From an uncultured Methanosarcinales archaeon (GTDB lineage: Archaea; Nanobdellota; Nanobdellia; Woesearchaeales; UBA11576): a stretch of DNA of 64,000 nucleotides. Under the pieces are notes generated by a model. It ran no database searches. It was given only the letters and a program-made list of their open reading frames with translations, and was not told where the DNA came from. The DNA lies in assembly GCA_964572875.1 (NCBI GenBank), contig CAZNGE010000001.1, positions 24,834 to 88,833 on the forward strand, in the 5' to 3' direction. The position numbers and the translations under genes were made by a program. Positions 21,065-30,928 of the stretch are shown piece after piece; the first letter of the stretch is position 1; each line of letters opens with the position of its first letter.

Positions 21065-21119
21065 GAAGAGGAAATCAGCCGCAAGGCCTATCGTGAAAAG
21101 GATGGAACGGAGGGAGGCC

Positions 21120-21437
21120 ATGATGAAGAAGAGTGCAAAAAACAAAGAGGAGAGCGCTAAGCGCGTATCATCTAAGAAGGAGGAGATATCCCCTGAGAAA
21201 TATTTCATACTCAAGGACGGGACCCATATCAAGAGCATAAAGGAGCTTGCCATGATGATGGACAGCATGAGCGATGACAGCTTCAGCTTCCACGTCAATG
21301 AGGAGAAGAATGATTTCGCCAACTGGATAAGGGACGTGTTCGGCAAAGAGGATCTTGCTGACTCATTGCTTGCGCTGAAGTGCAGGAAGGAGAACCAGAT
21401 AGCGCTGCTCAAGCATGCGCTGCACGACAGGATATAG
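21120..21437 (+). CDS. DUF5752-like domain protein 1
   Basis: FILKDGTHIKSIKEL...FSFHVNEEKNDFANWIRDVF. GGAGG SD before ATG 21120; ORF open from 21042. Confidence 0.75.
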   Translation: MMKKSAKNKEESAKRVSSKKEEISPEKYFILKDGTHIKSIKELAMMMDSMSDDSFSFHVNEEKNDFANWIRDVFGKEDLADSLLALKCRKENQIALLKHALHDRI

Positions 21438-21492
21438 GATCAATAATATCAGTGATGATATGGAAAAGATAGAGGCAAACAAGGTGCTATAG

Positions 21493-22356
21493 ATGGACGA
21501 CAAGATGACGCTTATGGACGTGGAGAACCTGCTCAAGGATGTGCATCCTGAAAGGGCTTTCGTGCTCAAGGACGGATCCTCGATAAAGAACCTGCAGGAG
21601 CTGTACTCAGTCTTGCAGGGTATGGAGTCGCACGTATTTGAACATCACGTGAATGAGGAGAGGAACGACTTCGGCAACTGGGTGAAGGACGTGCACAAGG
21701 ACTACAGGCTCGCGAACAGCCTGTTCTCTGCAGGCACTAAAGACGAAGCAGTGAAGGCTATAGGCAGCAGGATATACGAGATAGAGAAGAAGATCAGGCC
21801 TGAGAAGAAGGTTGTTCCCGCGTTGCGGCAGAAGCAGCACAGCATGGTGGTTGTCGCACCTCAGAAAGCCGGGCCTGCGCCTGTGAAAGCTGTGGACCTG
21901 CCGGCCAAGGAGGAGAATCCTGTGCTCGAGGACGCAGGAGAACTCGAGAAGAAGGTCATCGTCGAGGCAAAGATAGAGAAGAAGATTGAGAGCAAGTCAG
22001 CAGCCATCAGCGAGGAAGGCGTGTCGAGGAGACTGCCTGACAAGGATGACCCTTGTGAAGAGCTGATAAAGTTCGCAGAGGAGAAAGGATTCGCAGGCAG
22101 GCTTATAGGCGAAGTGACCAGCGTATTCACGCGCCCCGACATCAGGGGTTTCGCCAGTGATATGAAGAAGGTGTTCGCATCGGGAAGCGAAGCTGATGAC
22201 AGCGTCATGGCAGATGGTGCGGATCAGGAAGATGATGATGAAAGCAGCGGGCCGGAACTGTCTGGCGCAGCCGCAGTCAAAGCGATCAAGGCATCTCAGG
22301 GCGATGATGACAAGAAAGATGAGATCTTGTCCTATCTGAAGAAGGTGTACAGATGA
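21493..22356 (+). CDS. DUF5752-like domain protein 2 with long charged/disordered C-terminal region
   Basis: FVLKDGSSIKNLQEL...FEHHVNEERNDFGNWVKDV, paralogous to the upstream gene. Acidic tail ends DEILSYLKKVYR. Confidence 0.75.
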   Translation: MDDKMTLMDVENLLKDVHPERAFVLKDGSSIKNLQELYSVLQGMESHVFEHHVNEERNDFGNWVKDVHKDYRLANSLFSAGTKDEAVKAIGSRIYEIEKKIRPEKKVVPALRQKQHSMVVVAPQKAGPAPVKAVDLPAKEENPVLEDAGELEKKVIVEAKIEKKIESKSAAISEEGVSRRLPDKDDPCEELIKFAEEKGFAGRLIGEVTSVFTRPDIRGFASDMKKVFASGSEADDSVMADGADQEDDDESSGPELSGAAAVKAIKASQGDDDKKDEILSYLKKVYR

Positions 22357-23138
22357 GCGGCGCAAGAAAGGATTGCAGGGTCATAGGCGTCATCTCCATA
22401 AAGGGTGGAGTGGGCAAGACTACAGTTGTGTCTAATCTCGGCGCAGTGCTTGCCGGCCAGTTCGGCAAGAAGGTGCTGCTCGTGGACGGAAACATGACAG
22501 CGCCCAACCTGGGACTGCACCTGGGGGTCCTGGATTCAGACAAGACCCTGCACGACGTGATATATGACCACGCACCCATAAACGATGCGGTGCTGACATC
22601 AAGCTATGGATTCGATGTCCTGCCGAGCGCATTGGCTCCGAGGAAGAGCCAGCAGAAGCGCATAAACCCGTACAAGCTGCACAACAGGCTCCTGCGAATA
22701 AGGGGTGATTATGATTTCATAGTGATTGACTCGTCGCCGAACCTTAATGATGAGATGCTGTCCGCGATGATAGCCTCAGACGAGCTGGTGGTCGTGACGA
22801 GCCCTGACTACCCGACGCTGAGCTGCACCATGCACGCCATCAAGGTGGCCAAGGAGAGGAAGACACCTATCAAAGGCCTGGTGCTGAACAAGGTGCGGAA
22901 CAGGAGTTTTGAGCTTTCAGTCAAGGACATAGAGGCTGCGACAGGGGTGCCCGTGCTCTCGGTCATAGATGACGACGTGAAGGTGCTGGAAGCGCTCTCG
23001 AAGACGACTCCTGCCTCGCTTGCTGCGCCGAAGAAGGACTTTTCGGTCGCGTACTGCTCTCTCGCAGCGAAGCTTGCAGGCGAGGAATACAGGGACCCGC
23101 GATTCATGTCGAGAGTGGCGTCCATCTTCAGAAGATAG
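22353..23138 (+). CDS. minD: MinD/ParA family ATPase
   Basis: Deviant Walker A KGGVGKTT, VDGN, IDSSP, VLNKV. C-terminal amphipathic FMSRVASIFRR. ATGA overlap with previous gene. Confidence 0.88.
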   Translation: MSGARKDCRVIGVISIKGGVGKTTVVSNLGAVLAGQFGKKVLLVDGNMTAPNLGLHLGVLDSDKTLHDVIYDHAPINDAVLTSSYGFDVLPSALAPRKSQQKRINPYKLHNRLLRIRGDYDFIVIDSSPNLNDEMLSAMIASDELVVVTSPDYPTLSCTMHAIKVAKERKTPIKGLVLNKVRNRSFELSVKDIEAATGVPVLSVIDDDVKVLEALSKTTPASLAAPKKDFSVAYCSLAAKLAGEEYRDPRFMSRVASIFRR

Positions 23139-23200
23139 GATATCATAGGATCATAGTCTCAACTCAGAAAGAAAAGTACTCATCTGTATCCGTTGGGGGA

Positions 23201-25042
23201 ATGATTTTGGAAGAAAAAAGAGGTGAACATAGAGAACCTAAGGCAGATTTCCTGTTCGAGGTATCCTGGGAAGTATGCAACAAGGTCGGCGGCATAAACA
23301 CGGTCATAAAGAGCAAGATACCGCAGACAGTCAGCAGGTACGGGGACAAGTACTGCCTTGTAGGGCCCTATTTCCATGACAAGGTCAAGGGCGAGTTCGA
23401 GGAGCTCGTGCTGCCCGAAGAGTACAGGGAAGGCAGCGAGGCGCTGAAGGGCATAGGCATAGTGCCCCACTACGGCAAGTGGCTCACAGAAGGGTCTCCC
23501 AACACTCTGCTTCTTGATTTCCAGCCGTTCTTTGAGAGGAAAGATGAGGTGAAGAAGAAGCTGTGGGACATGTACAAGATAGATTCGCTCAACTCCTCGA
23601 ACGAGTTCGACGAGCCCGCCGTGTGGGGCTGGGCCGTCGGGATAATAATCGAGAGTTTCTTCAATAGGTACAACGCGGAATGGAAGATTGCCACCGTGTT
23701 CCACGAGTGGCTTTCAGGCGCAGGGATACTCTACCTGAAATCCCAGAAGTGCAGGATAGCAACTATATTCATAACGCACGCCACTGTCATGGGCAGGTGC
23801 CTGGCGAATGCAGGAGTGGACCTGTACCAGCGTGACGGAGAGGACAAGCTCCTGCTCGATAGGATGGATTTCGATAAGGAGGCGTATGACCGCCACATGC
23901 AATCGAAGCACCAGCTCGAGAAAGCCAGCGCAAACGCCACGGATGTCTTCGCGACGGTCTCGGAGATAACCGGGATGGAGGCAGAGCACGTGCTGAGGAA
24001 GAAGCCGGACCTGCTTGTGCCGAACGGCCTCAACCTTGACGATTTCCCGACGGTAGAGGAGAACTCAATCAAGCACAGGATATTCAGGGACAAGATATAC
24101 CATTTCCTGCTCTATTATTTCTTCCCTTACTACCACCTCGACATAGACAACACGCTGATCTACTTCATAGCGAGCAGGTACGAGATGAGGGACAAGGGCA
24201 TTGACATATTCATAAAGGCCTTGAGCAGGCTCAACCAGAAGCTCAAGGAGGAAAGGTCCAAGAAGAGCATCGTTACGTTCTTCTGGGTGCCTTCAGGAGT
24301 GAGAGGCGTCAAGCAGGAGATCGTAGAGAACAAGACCATGTTCAAGGATGTCGAGGACAGCCTGAAGGACAATTCAGAGCATGTCATGTGGCGCCTGCTG
24401 AGCACTTTCGTCGGCGACAAGCCGATAATAAAGGAGACCATATTCGACAAGGCGTTCCTGGCAGACATAAAGAAGAAAGTGATGAAGTTCAAGAGGGAAG
24501 AGACCGCACCTCCGATATGCACCCATGATCTCATAGACCATAATGATGAGATAACGCGCAGCCTCTCTGAGGAAGGCCTCCTGAACTCGAGAGAGGACAA
24601 GGTAAAGGTGATATTCTATCCGATATACCTGACAGGCGCTGACGGGCTTCTCGACCTGACATACTATGAGGCAATACAGGGCGCGCATCTCGGCGTGTTC
24701 CCCTCATTCTACGAGCCTTGGGGATACACCCCTCTGGAGGCAGGAGCGCTCGGGGTCGCATCGATAACGACAGACCTTGCGGGATTCGGGAAATACATTG
24801 AAGGGAAGACTGACGAGAAGTGTCTTGGCATCTGCGTCCTGAAGAGGCTGGGCAGGCCGGACGCGGAAGTGATAGACGCGCTGTATGACAGGTTATACAC
24901 GTACGCAGAGATGCCGAAGAAGAATCGTGTCGACAACAAGCTTGAGGCCAGGAAAATGGCCAGCCTTGCGGACTGGGACAGCCTGATACTGAATTACTTC
25001 AACGCTGAGGATATGGCTATAGACAGGGTATTCAGCGGATGA
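23201..25042 (+). CDS. Glycogen synthase, GT3 family
   Basis: FEVSWEVCNKVGGINTV, HEWLSG, THATVMGR, RYEMRDKGID, PSFYEPWGYTPLE. Confidence 0.94.
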   Translation: MILEEKRGEHREPKADFLFEVSWEVCNKVGGINTVIKSKIPQTVSRYGDKYCLVGPYFHDKVKGEFEELVLPEEYREGSEALKGIGIVPHYGKWLTEGSPNTLLLDFQPFFERKDEVKKKLWDMYKIDSLNSSNEFDEPAVWGWAVGIIIESFFNRYNAEWKIATVFHEWLSGAGILYLKSQKCRIATIFITHATVMGRCLANAGVDLYQRDGEDKLLLDRMDFDKEAYDRHMQSKHQLEKASANATDVFATVSEITGMEAEHVLRKKPDLLVPNGLNLDDFPTVEENSIKHRIFRDKIYHFLLYYFFPYYHLDIDNTLIYFIASRYEMRDKGIDIFIKALSRLNQKLKEERSKKSIVTFFWVPSGVRGVKQEIVENKTMFKDVEDSLKDNSEHVMWRLLSTFVGDKPIIKETIFDKAFLADIKKKVMKFKREETAPPICTHDLIDHNDEITRSLSEEGLLNSREDKVKVIFYPIYLTGADGLLDLTYYEAIQGAHLGVFPSFYEPWGYTPLEAGALGVASITTDLAGFGKYIEGKTDEKCLGICVLKRLGRPDAEVIDALYDRLYTYAEMPKKNRVDNKLEARKMASLADWDSLILNYFNAEDMAIDRVFSG

Positions 25043-25070
25043 GGATATGTTTAGGTAAGGAGATGCTAAA

Positions 25071-26033
25071 ATGGAGCTGAGAAAAGATTACATCCTTGAC
25101 AGGTGGGTCATCATAGCCACCGGAAGAGGGAAGAGGCCCCACGAGTTCAAGACCGAGGATGACATATATGCTGATGATAAGGGTCCTGAGAAATGCTTCT
25201 TCTGCCCTGGCAACGAGTCCATGACCCCTCCTGAAATAGGCAGGGTGAAGGACGACAAGGGCGGATGGAAGCTGCGCTGGTTCGCGAACAAGTTCGCTGC
25301 TGTCGACAAGAGCGGCGACGCCAGTATCAAGACAGACAACAATTTCTTCACATACTCTGACGCATATGGGAACCATGAGGTCATTGTCGAGACTCCTGAC
25401 CACATGAAGCAGATGATAGACCTTAATGAAAAGGAGATAATGGACCTGCTGAAAGTATACGCACGTCGCATAGACGTGCTGATAAACGAGCCTAACATTA
25501 AGTACGTGTGCGTTTTCAAGAATGAAGGTAAGAAGGCAGGCACATCAATCGTGCATTCGCACAGCCAGCTGATATCGCTCAACACTGTGCCGACAGAGGT
25601 CACAGCGAAGATAGAGGCTGCAAAAAGGTTCCCTTCATGCCCTTACTGCGACATAATCAAGACAGAGGCAAAGGGCCACCGGCATGTCCACGAGGACGAC
25701 ACGACTGTGACGTTCACGCCTTACGCTTCAAGGTTCAACTTCGAGGTCTGGATATTCCCGAAGAACCATTACAAGACCCTGAGAGACTTCTCTGATGACG
25801 AGATGTTCGACCTTGCGGCTGCTATGAAACGGGTGCTGAAAAAGCTGAAGGACCTTAACGCCAACTTCAACATGGTGATGTACTATGCGCCCAAAGGCGA
25901 GGACCTGCACTTCCATATAGAGTTCCTGCCCCGCATCGCGACATGGGCAGGGTTTGAGCTGGAGTCAGGGGTCACGATCAACGTCGTGAGCCCTGAGGAC
26001 GCGGCCCTGTTTTATAAGGGCGAGCATAAATAA
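25071..26033 (+). CDS. galT: GalT-family hexose-1-phosphate nucleotidyltransferase (HIT superfamily)
   Basis: ELRKD...WVIIA..RGKRP, CFFCPGNE, NKF, HEVIVETP, AGTSIVHSHSQ. Confidence 0.9.
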   Translation: MELRKDYILDRWVIIATGRGKRPHEFKTEDDIYADDKGPEKCFFCPGNESMTPPEIGRVKDDKGGWKLRWFANKFAAVDKSGDASIKTDNNFFTYSDAYGNHEVIVETPDHMKQMIDLNEKEIMDLLKVYARRIDVLINEPNIKYVCVFKNEGKKAGTSIVHSHSQLISLNTVPTEVTAKIEAAKRFPSCPYCDIIKTEAKGHRHVHEDDTTVTFTPYASRFNFEVWIFPKNHYKTLRDFSDDEMFDLAAAMKRVLKKLKDLNANFNMVMYYAPKGEDLHFHIEFLPRIATWAGFELESGVTINVVSPEDAALFYKGEHK

Positions 26034-26071
26034 TAAAAATCCCCCACACCCAGCCAATACTGGTGATAATC

Positions 26072-27448
26072 ATGACGGTGAACGAAAAGATATTCAAAGC
26101 TTATGATATACGGGCAGTTTATCCTGATGAGATAGACGAGGATGCAGCATACATCATAGGACGGGCGTTCGTGACATTCCTTGGCTGTAAGGAAGTTGTT
26201 GTGGGCCAGGACATGCGCAGCAGCTCCCCTTCGCTTTTCGATGCCCTCGCCAGAGGGATAACTGACCAGGGAGCCGATGTCATAGACATAGGGAAGAGCA
26301 GCACCCCTTTCTTCTACTTCGGTACTGCAGGCCACGAGGCAGGTATCATGGTCACTGCTTCCCACAATCCCGCCAAGTACAACGGCTTCAAGATGTGCAG
26401 GGACGGCACAGTGCCTATCGGAGGGGACAGCGGCATGCAGGAGATAAAGGCCCTTGCGGTTGCTGGCGGGTTCAAGGATACTGAAACAAAGGGAAGCATC
26501 AGAAAGAAAGACATAACAGATGATTTCATCACGCACAACCTCAAGTTCCTGGACAGCAGCTTGTCAGGAAAGAATCTGAAGATAGTGGTCGATACCGGCA
26601 ACGGCATGGGAGGCTACACATTCCCGAAGGTATTCGAGAGGGTCGAGAACATAGAGGTTGTCCCTCTCTACTTTGACGTAGACATGACATTCCCTAACCA
26701 CGAGGCGAACCCGATAAAGCCTGAGAACGTGAAGGACCTCCAGGAAGCTGTCATCAGTAACAATGCTGACTTCGGCGCTGCGATAGACGGTGACTGCGAC
26801 AGGTGCTTCTTCGTGGATGAGAAAGGGGATGTAGTCACTGCTGACCTTATAACAGCCCTGCTCGCGAAAGAGCTTCTCAAGGACAATCCCGGAGCAAGGA
26901 TACTCTATGATCTCAGGTCAAGCTGGGCCACAAAGGAGGTCATCGAGGAGAACGGCGGAAAGCCGGGCATGTGCCGCGTCGGCCACGCGTTCATAAAGAA
27001 GCAGATGAGGGAAGAGGACGCCCTGTTCGCAGGAGAGCTATCAGGTCATCTCTATTACCGGGACTCATTCGTCACAGAGAGCTCGATAATATCCACTCTG
27101 CTTATAATCAACCTGATACGAAAAGAGGGCAAGGCATTGTCCGAGCTCGTAAAGCCGATAAAGAGGTATTTTCCCAGCGGAGAGATAAATTCAGAGGTCG
27201 GGGACAAGGAAGGCAAGATGAAGGAGCTCGAGGGGATGTTCAGGGCGGAGGCGAAGGTCACTTCGCATCTCGACGGGATAAAGCTTGAGTTCGACGATTG
27301 GTGGTTCAATGTGCGCGCCTCGAACACAGAGCCCCTGCTGAGGCTGAACCTCGAGGCCAAGACGGAAAAGAGGATGGAGGAGATGCGTGACAGGATCGTC
27401 GCGATAATCCGCAGAAAAAGAGATGAAGATATCACACAAGCTTCCTAG
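26072..27448 (+). CDS. Phosphoglucomutase/phosphomannomutase
   Basis: FKAYDIR, TASHNP, DGDCDR, GELSGH, RASNTEP. Confidence 0.95.
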   Translation: MTVNEKIFKAYDIRAVYPDEIDEDAAYIIGRAFVTFLGCKEVVVGQDMRSSSPSLFDALARGITDQGADVIDIGKSSTPFFYFGTAGHEAGIMVTASHNPAKYNGFKMCRDGTVPIGGDSGMQEIKALAVAGGFKDTETKGSIRKKDITDDFITHNLKFLDSSLSGKNLKIVVDTGNGMGGYTFPKVFERVENIEVVPLYFDVDMTFPNHEANPIKPENVKDLQEAVISNNADFGAAIDGDCDRCFFVDEKGDVVTADLITALLAKELLKDNPGARILYDLRSSWATKEVIEENGGKPGMCRVGHAFIKKQMREEDALFAGELSGHLYYRDSFVTESSIISTLLIINLIRKEGKALSELVKPIKRYFPSGEINSEVGDKEGKMKELEGMFRAEAKVTSHLDGIKLEFDDWWFNVRASNTEPLLRLNLEAKTEKRMEEMRDRIVAIIRRKRDEDITQAS

Positions 27449-29252
27449 ACTGGGCATAAGCAGGGACGGCTGCGACGCGGATGTCTGCGTCCTTGCGAAT
27501 AATCTGGGCAGTTTCCTTTTCTTATCTCCTTCATCGATATCCAAGTTCAACGGTTTCTTCACGAACTACGGGCTTAAGCTGTACAAGACGGTGCAGAACA
27601 TAGGTCTTCTCGACCAGGCGCCTGTCGAGATGGAGAACAGCCTGACGGCGATAAGCAGGAGGTATCCTGGAAACTCTGAAAGGATAGTATGCCCTGACAG
27701 CATACAGGGCTTGATATACACCTTGTCCAAGAAAGGGAGCATATTCATGGACTTCGACTTCCGCAAGATGGATGACATGAGGTCGTTCGGGAGGATATAT
27801 GAGGTAACGCAGGAAGACGGCAGGATACTGGTCGAATTCACCAAGATGACCGACGAGAGGGAGGACAGCACAGACGGGGTCGCTGAGTTCAGCTTCTTTG
27901 CGGCGATACAGCCTAAGGGGTTCAGCCCACAGACAGACTATAAGTTCATAGACTATTGGCTTGAGAGCGATTACAGGTATGACAGGGAGAGGAAAGACCC
28001 TCCTGACAGGAGATATGTCTACAGGCCTTTCATGATAAAGGCGAAGCAGCTCCTGATCGGCGTCGGCAAGACAAAGGCGGATGCGATTGCAGAGCTCGAT
28101 AAACTGAAGAAGTTCAAGGCAGGAAAGAAGGATTATAAGACGATAGACAAGAAGAAGGATGCTGAGGCCGCTGCCGCTTTCATCTGCGCCCAGGAGTCGC
28201 TTGAGAAGATGAAGTCAGAGGACATCGACGGCACGACGAGGCTGTACGCAGGCTATCCCTGGTTCTTCCAGTTCTGGTCAAGGGATGAGAACGTTTCCCT
28301 TGGCGCGCTCATGAAGCTGAAGCAGTTCAGGACAGTGAAGGGCATACTTTTCAAGTACCTTAAGAACATCGGCAAGGACGGCAGGCTCGCCAACCGCGTG
28401 CCATCGTCGCATCTCGGCTCTGCAGACGGTGTGGGGTGGTTCTGGAAACGTATCGGAGATTTCATCGCAGCACTCAAGGAGCTGCACCTGCGCGAGAAAT
28501 ACCTGTCGCCCAAGGAGATGAAGGACATAAGGGACTCTCTGGCGGACTCGATAAGAAAGATAGAGAAGAACTACAAGTCAGGCGGTCTCATAACGAACAA
28601 GGACAATGAGACCTGGATGGACACCGACCCTGGCGGCCAGGACCCGCGCGACGGGAAGAGGATCGAGGTGCAGGCCCTGCATCTCAACATGCTCAGGCTG
28701 ATGCATGAGCTCAGCGGCGACATGAGATACAAGACAAAGGAGACGAAGATGAGGAAGGAAGTGATAAAGGGCTTCTGGAACGGGAAGCTGATAGCTGACG
28801 GTGTGGATGATTATACTATAAGGCCGAATATTTTCATAGCGTATTACGTTTATCCTGACCTGCTCCCGAGGAGAGAGTGGCAGACATGCTTTGAGAACGC
28901 ACTGAAGAAGATCTGGCTGGACTGGGGTGGCCTTTCATCCATAGACAAGGGCAATCCCCTCTTCACGCCGGAATATACAGGAATGGATGACAGGAGCTAT
29001 CACCGCGGGGACTCATGGTACTGGATAAACAACCTTGCTGCGATATGCATGTTCAGGAACAATGCTATTGAGTTTGAAGGAAGGATAAAACAGATAATCA
29101 AGGCAAGCTCTGAGGAGATACTCTGGCACGGCGCGATAGGGGACCATGCAGAGATAAGCTCTGCCTCGCATCTTTCGTCGAAAGGGTGCTTTGCGCAGGC
29201 ATGGAGCGCTGCCATTTTCATTGAGCTGATGATGGAGACGATGGGAGGATGA
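27423..29252 (+). CDS. Amylo-alpha-1,6-glucosidase (glycogen debranching enzyme C-terminal-like)
   Basis: AGYPWFFQFWSRDE, TWMD, RDGKRIEVQAL, YHRGDSW, QAWSAA. Confidence 0.88.
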   Translation: MKISHKLPRLGISRDGCDADVCVLANNLGSFLFLSPSSISKFNGFFTNYGLKLYKTVQNIGLLDQAPVEMENSLTAISRRYPGNSERIVCPDSIQGLIYTLSKKGSIFMDFDFRKMDDMRSFGRIYEVTQEDGRILVEFTKMTDEREDSTDGVAEFSFFAAIQPKGFSPQTDYKFIDYWLESDYRYDRERKDPPDRRYVYRPFMIKAKQLLIGVGKTKADAIAELDKLKKFKAGKKDYKTIDKKKDAEAAAAFICAQESLEKMKSEDIDGTTRLYAGYPWFFQFWSRDENVSLGALMKLKQFRTVKGILFKYLKNIGKDGRLANRVPSSHLGSADGVGWFWKRIGDFIAALKELHLREKYLSPKEMKDIRDSLADSIRKIEKNYKSGGLITNKDNETWMDTDPGGQDPRDGKRIEVQALHLNMLRLMHELSGDMRYKTKETKMRKEVIKGFWNGKLIADGVDDYTIRPNIFIAYYVYPDLLPRREWQTCFENALKKIWLDWGGLSSIDKGNPLFTPEYTGMDDRSYHRGDSWYWINNLAAICMFRNNAIEFEGRIKQIIKASSEEILWHGAIGDHAEISSASHLSSKGCFAQAWSAAIFIELMMETMGG

Positions 29253-30145
29253 AACAGGACGATAACATGGAATACGCGATAGCTTTGGATGTCGGGGGAA
29301 GCAAGATGACCACCTGCCTCGTGGACGAGACAGGGAAGATAATCGACGGTGAGCGCCGGCTGACCGATGCCCCTGAAGGCAGGAGGAAGGTGCTGTTAAA
29401 CATAATATCAGAGATAAAGAAGATGATGGACAAGCACAAGGACATCAGCGTGAAAGGGATAGGCATAGGCATGCCAGGATTCATAGACAGCAAAGGGAAA
29501 GTGGTGTTCATGCCCAATGTTCCGCTTGTCGGGTTCAACATAGTGAATAAGCTCAATAAGAGGTTCAAGTGCCCCGTTGCTGTAGAAAATGACGCGAACT
29601 GCTTTGCGCTCGGTGAATACTCTTTCGGCAGGCACAAGTCAAAGGTCCTGCTCGGCCTCATAGTAGGCACAGGCGTGGGCTGCGGGATAGTATCAAACGG
29701 AAAGCTGATATCAGGTTGCGGAGGCGGCGCAGGGGAGATAGGCCACAACCTGCTTGACAATTCCACAGATAAGCTTGTTGTCAAGAAGAATGATTTCGAG
29801 TCTGTGTGCTCAGGCCCTAACATCAGCAGGCGGTACTCTGAAGCAGGAGGAAAAGACACTATCCCGAAACAGGTATTCGCGGCAAAGGATCATGCAGCTA
29901 GGAAGGTGATAGATGATGAGTACAACTGTCTGGGCAAGTTGTTGGGATCCATGGTCAATACACTGAACCCGGACACCATAGTCCTGGGAGGCAGCGTGAG
30001 CAAGTCGCTGAAACCAGGACGGCTAAGGAAGGAGATCGTGAAATACTCCATACCTTTCTCTGCAAAGCTGGTCAAGGTCAAGCAGAGCAGGCTTGATGAC
30101 ATAGCCGGTGTGCTTGGCGCTGCAGCCTTGATATTCGAGCAGTAG
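29249..30145 (+). CDS. ROK family sugar kinase (candidate glucokinase)
   Basis: DVGGSK, GIGMPG, ENDANCFALGE, GTGVGCGI, AGEIGH, GVLGAA. The CxCG zinc motif is absent. Confidence 0.9.
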   Translation: MKQDDNMEYAIALDVGGSKMTTCLVDETGKIIDGERRLTDAPEGRRKVLLNIISEIKKMMDKHKDISVKGIGIGMPGFIDSKGKVVFMPNVPLVGFNIVNKLNKRFKCPVAVENDANCFALGEYSFGRHKSKVLLGLIVGTGVGCGIVSNGKLISGCGGGAGEIGHNLLDNSTDKLVVKKNDFESVCSGPNISRRYSEAGGKDTIPKQVFAAKDHAARKVIDDEYNCLGKLLGSMVNTLNPDTIVLGGSVSKSLKPGRLRKEIVKYSIPFSAKLVKVKQSRLDDIAGVLGAAALIFEQ

Positions 30146-30241
30146 GGAGGCTCTAGAGCCATGATTCTGCAGTCTCATCTGCCAGGATTACCCATCCCCA
30201 GACCTTCTGTTACCACTTAACAGAGACAACAAAACGAAACA

Positions 30242-30287
30242 TTTATATATTAGTTCTGAACCTTATATCATTAGTTGGTTGGAGGTG
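30242..30287 (+). promoter_or_regulatory. TATA box (TTTATATA) and GGAGGTG ribosome-binding site for 30296 gene
   Basis: TTTATATA at 30242-30249 after A-rich BRE-like sequence; GGAGGTG at 30281-30287. Confidence 0.6.
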
Positions 30288-30295
30288 GCTGAGAG

Positions 30296-30928
30296 ATGTA
30301 CTTACCTGACAAGATAGAGAAAAGCATTTCTAGGCTGGAGAGGCTTGCTGATAAAGGCGGGTTTGATGACGATCTATATCTGAGTACAGCTGAGCAATGC
30401 AGCTACATTGATGGAGATGAGACAAAGAGGATGTACACTAGGATGCTCGACCTTCTTGTCGCGCTTTCAAGCTCTGTCAGGCTCGGATTTCATGATACTG
30501 CTGAAGGCATAAGGCTGCTTTACAATGCAGAGTGCGGCGGCAAGTTCAAGATAGACACCGATAGGGCGTTCTCAATCCTTGAAGAGGCGGCATTCACAGG
30601 AAAGTGGAGTGGAAGCCTGCAGGAGTGCATCACCAAGACCCTGAATCTGGATGACCATGCCAAGATGGATTACAGGACCAGGCGAAACAGGGACAGGATG
30701 CATGACCTGACAACAGCATATTCGCTGCTCCTCGCTTCAAAGGATGACAGCTCCCTGAACGCCAGGGCGCTGGTCGCGATGAGGGTGTATGTCGACAGCA
30801 ACCCCTCATCCAAGGATTTCCTTCCTGACGACCTGCGGGCAAGGGTGTTCCCTGAAGAGTTCATGAAGGCAAATGAAGGCAAACGACAGACAGAAAATAG
30901 TCTGAACAAAGATAGAGGTGCGCAATAA
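30296..30928 (+). CDS. Hypothetical protein (alpha-helical)
   Basis: 210-aa ORF with strong SD and promoter; stop overlaps next start. Confidence 0.75.
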   Translation: MYLPDKIEKSISRLERLADKGGFDDDLYLSTAEQCSYIDGDETKRMYTRMLDLLVALSSSVRLGFHDTAEGIRLLYNAECGGKFKIDTDRAFSILEEAAFTGKWSGSLQECITKTLNLDDHAKMDYRTRRNRDRMHDLTTAYSLLLASKDDSSLNARALVAMRVYVDSNPSSKDFLPDDLRARVFPEEFMKANEGKRQTENSLNKDRGAQ

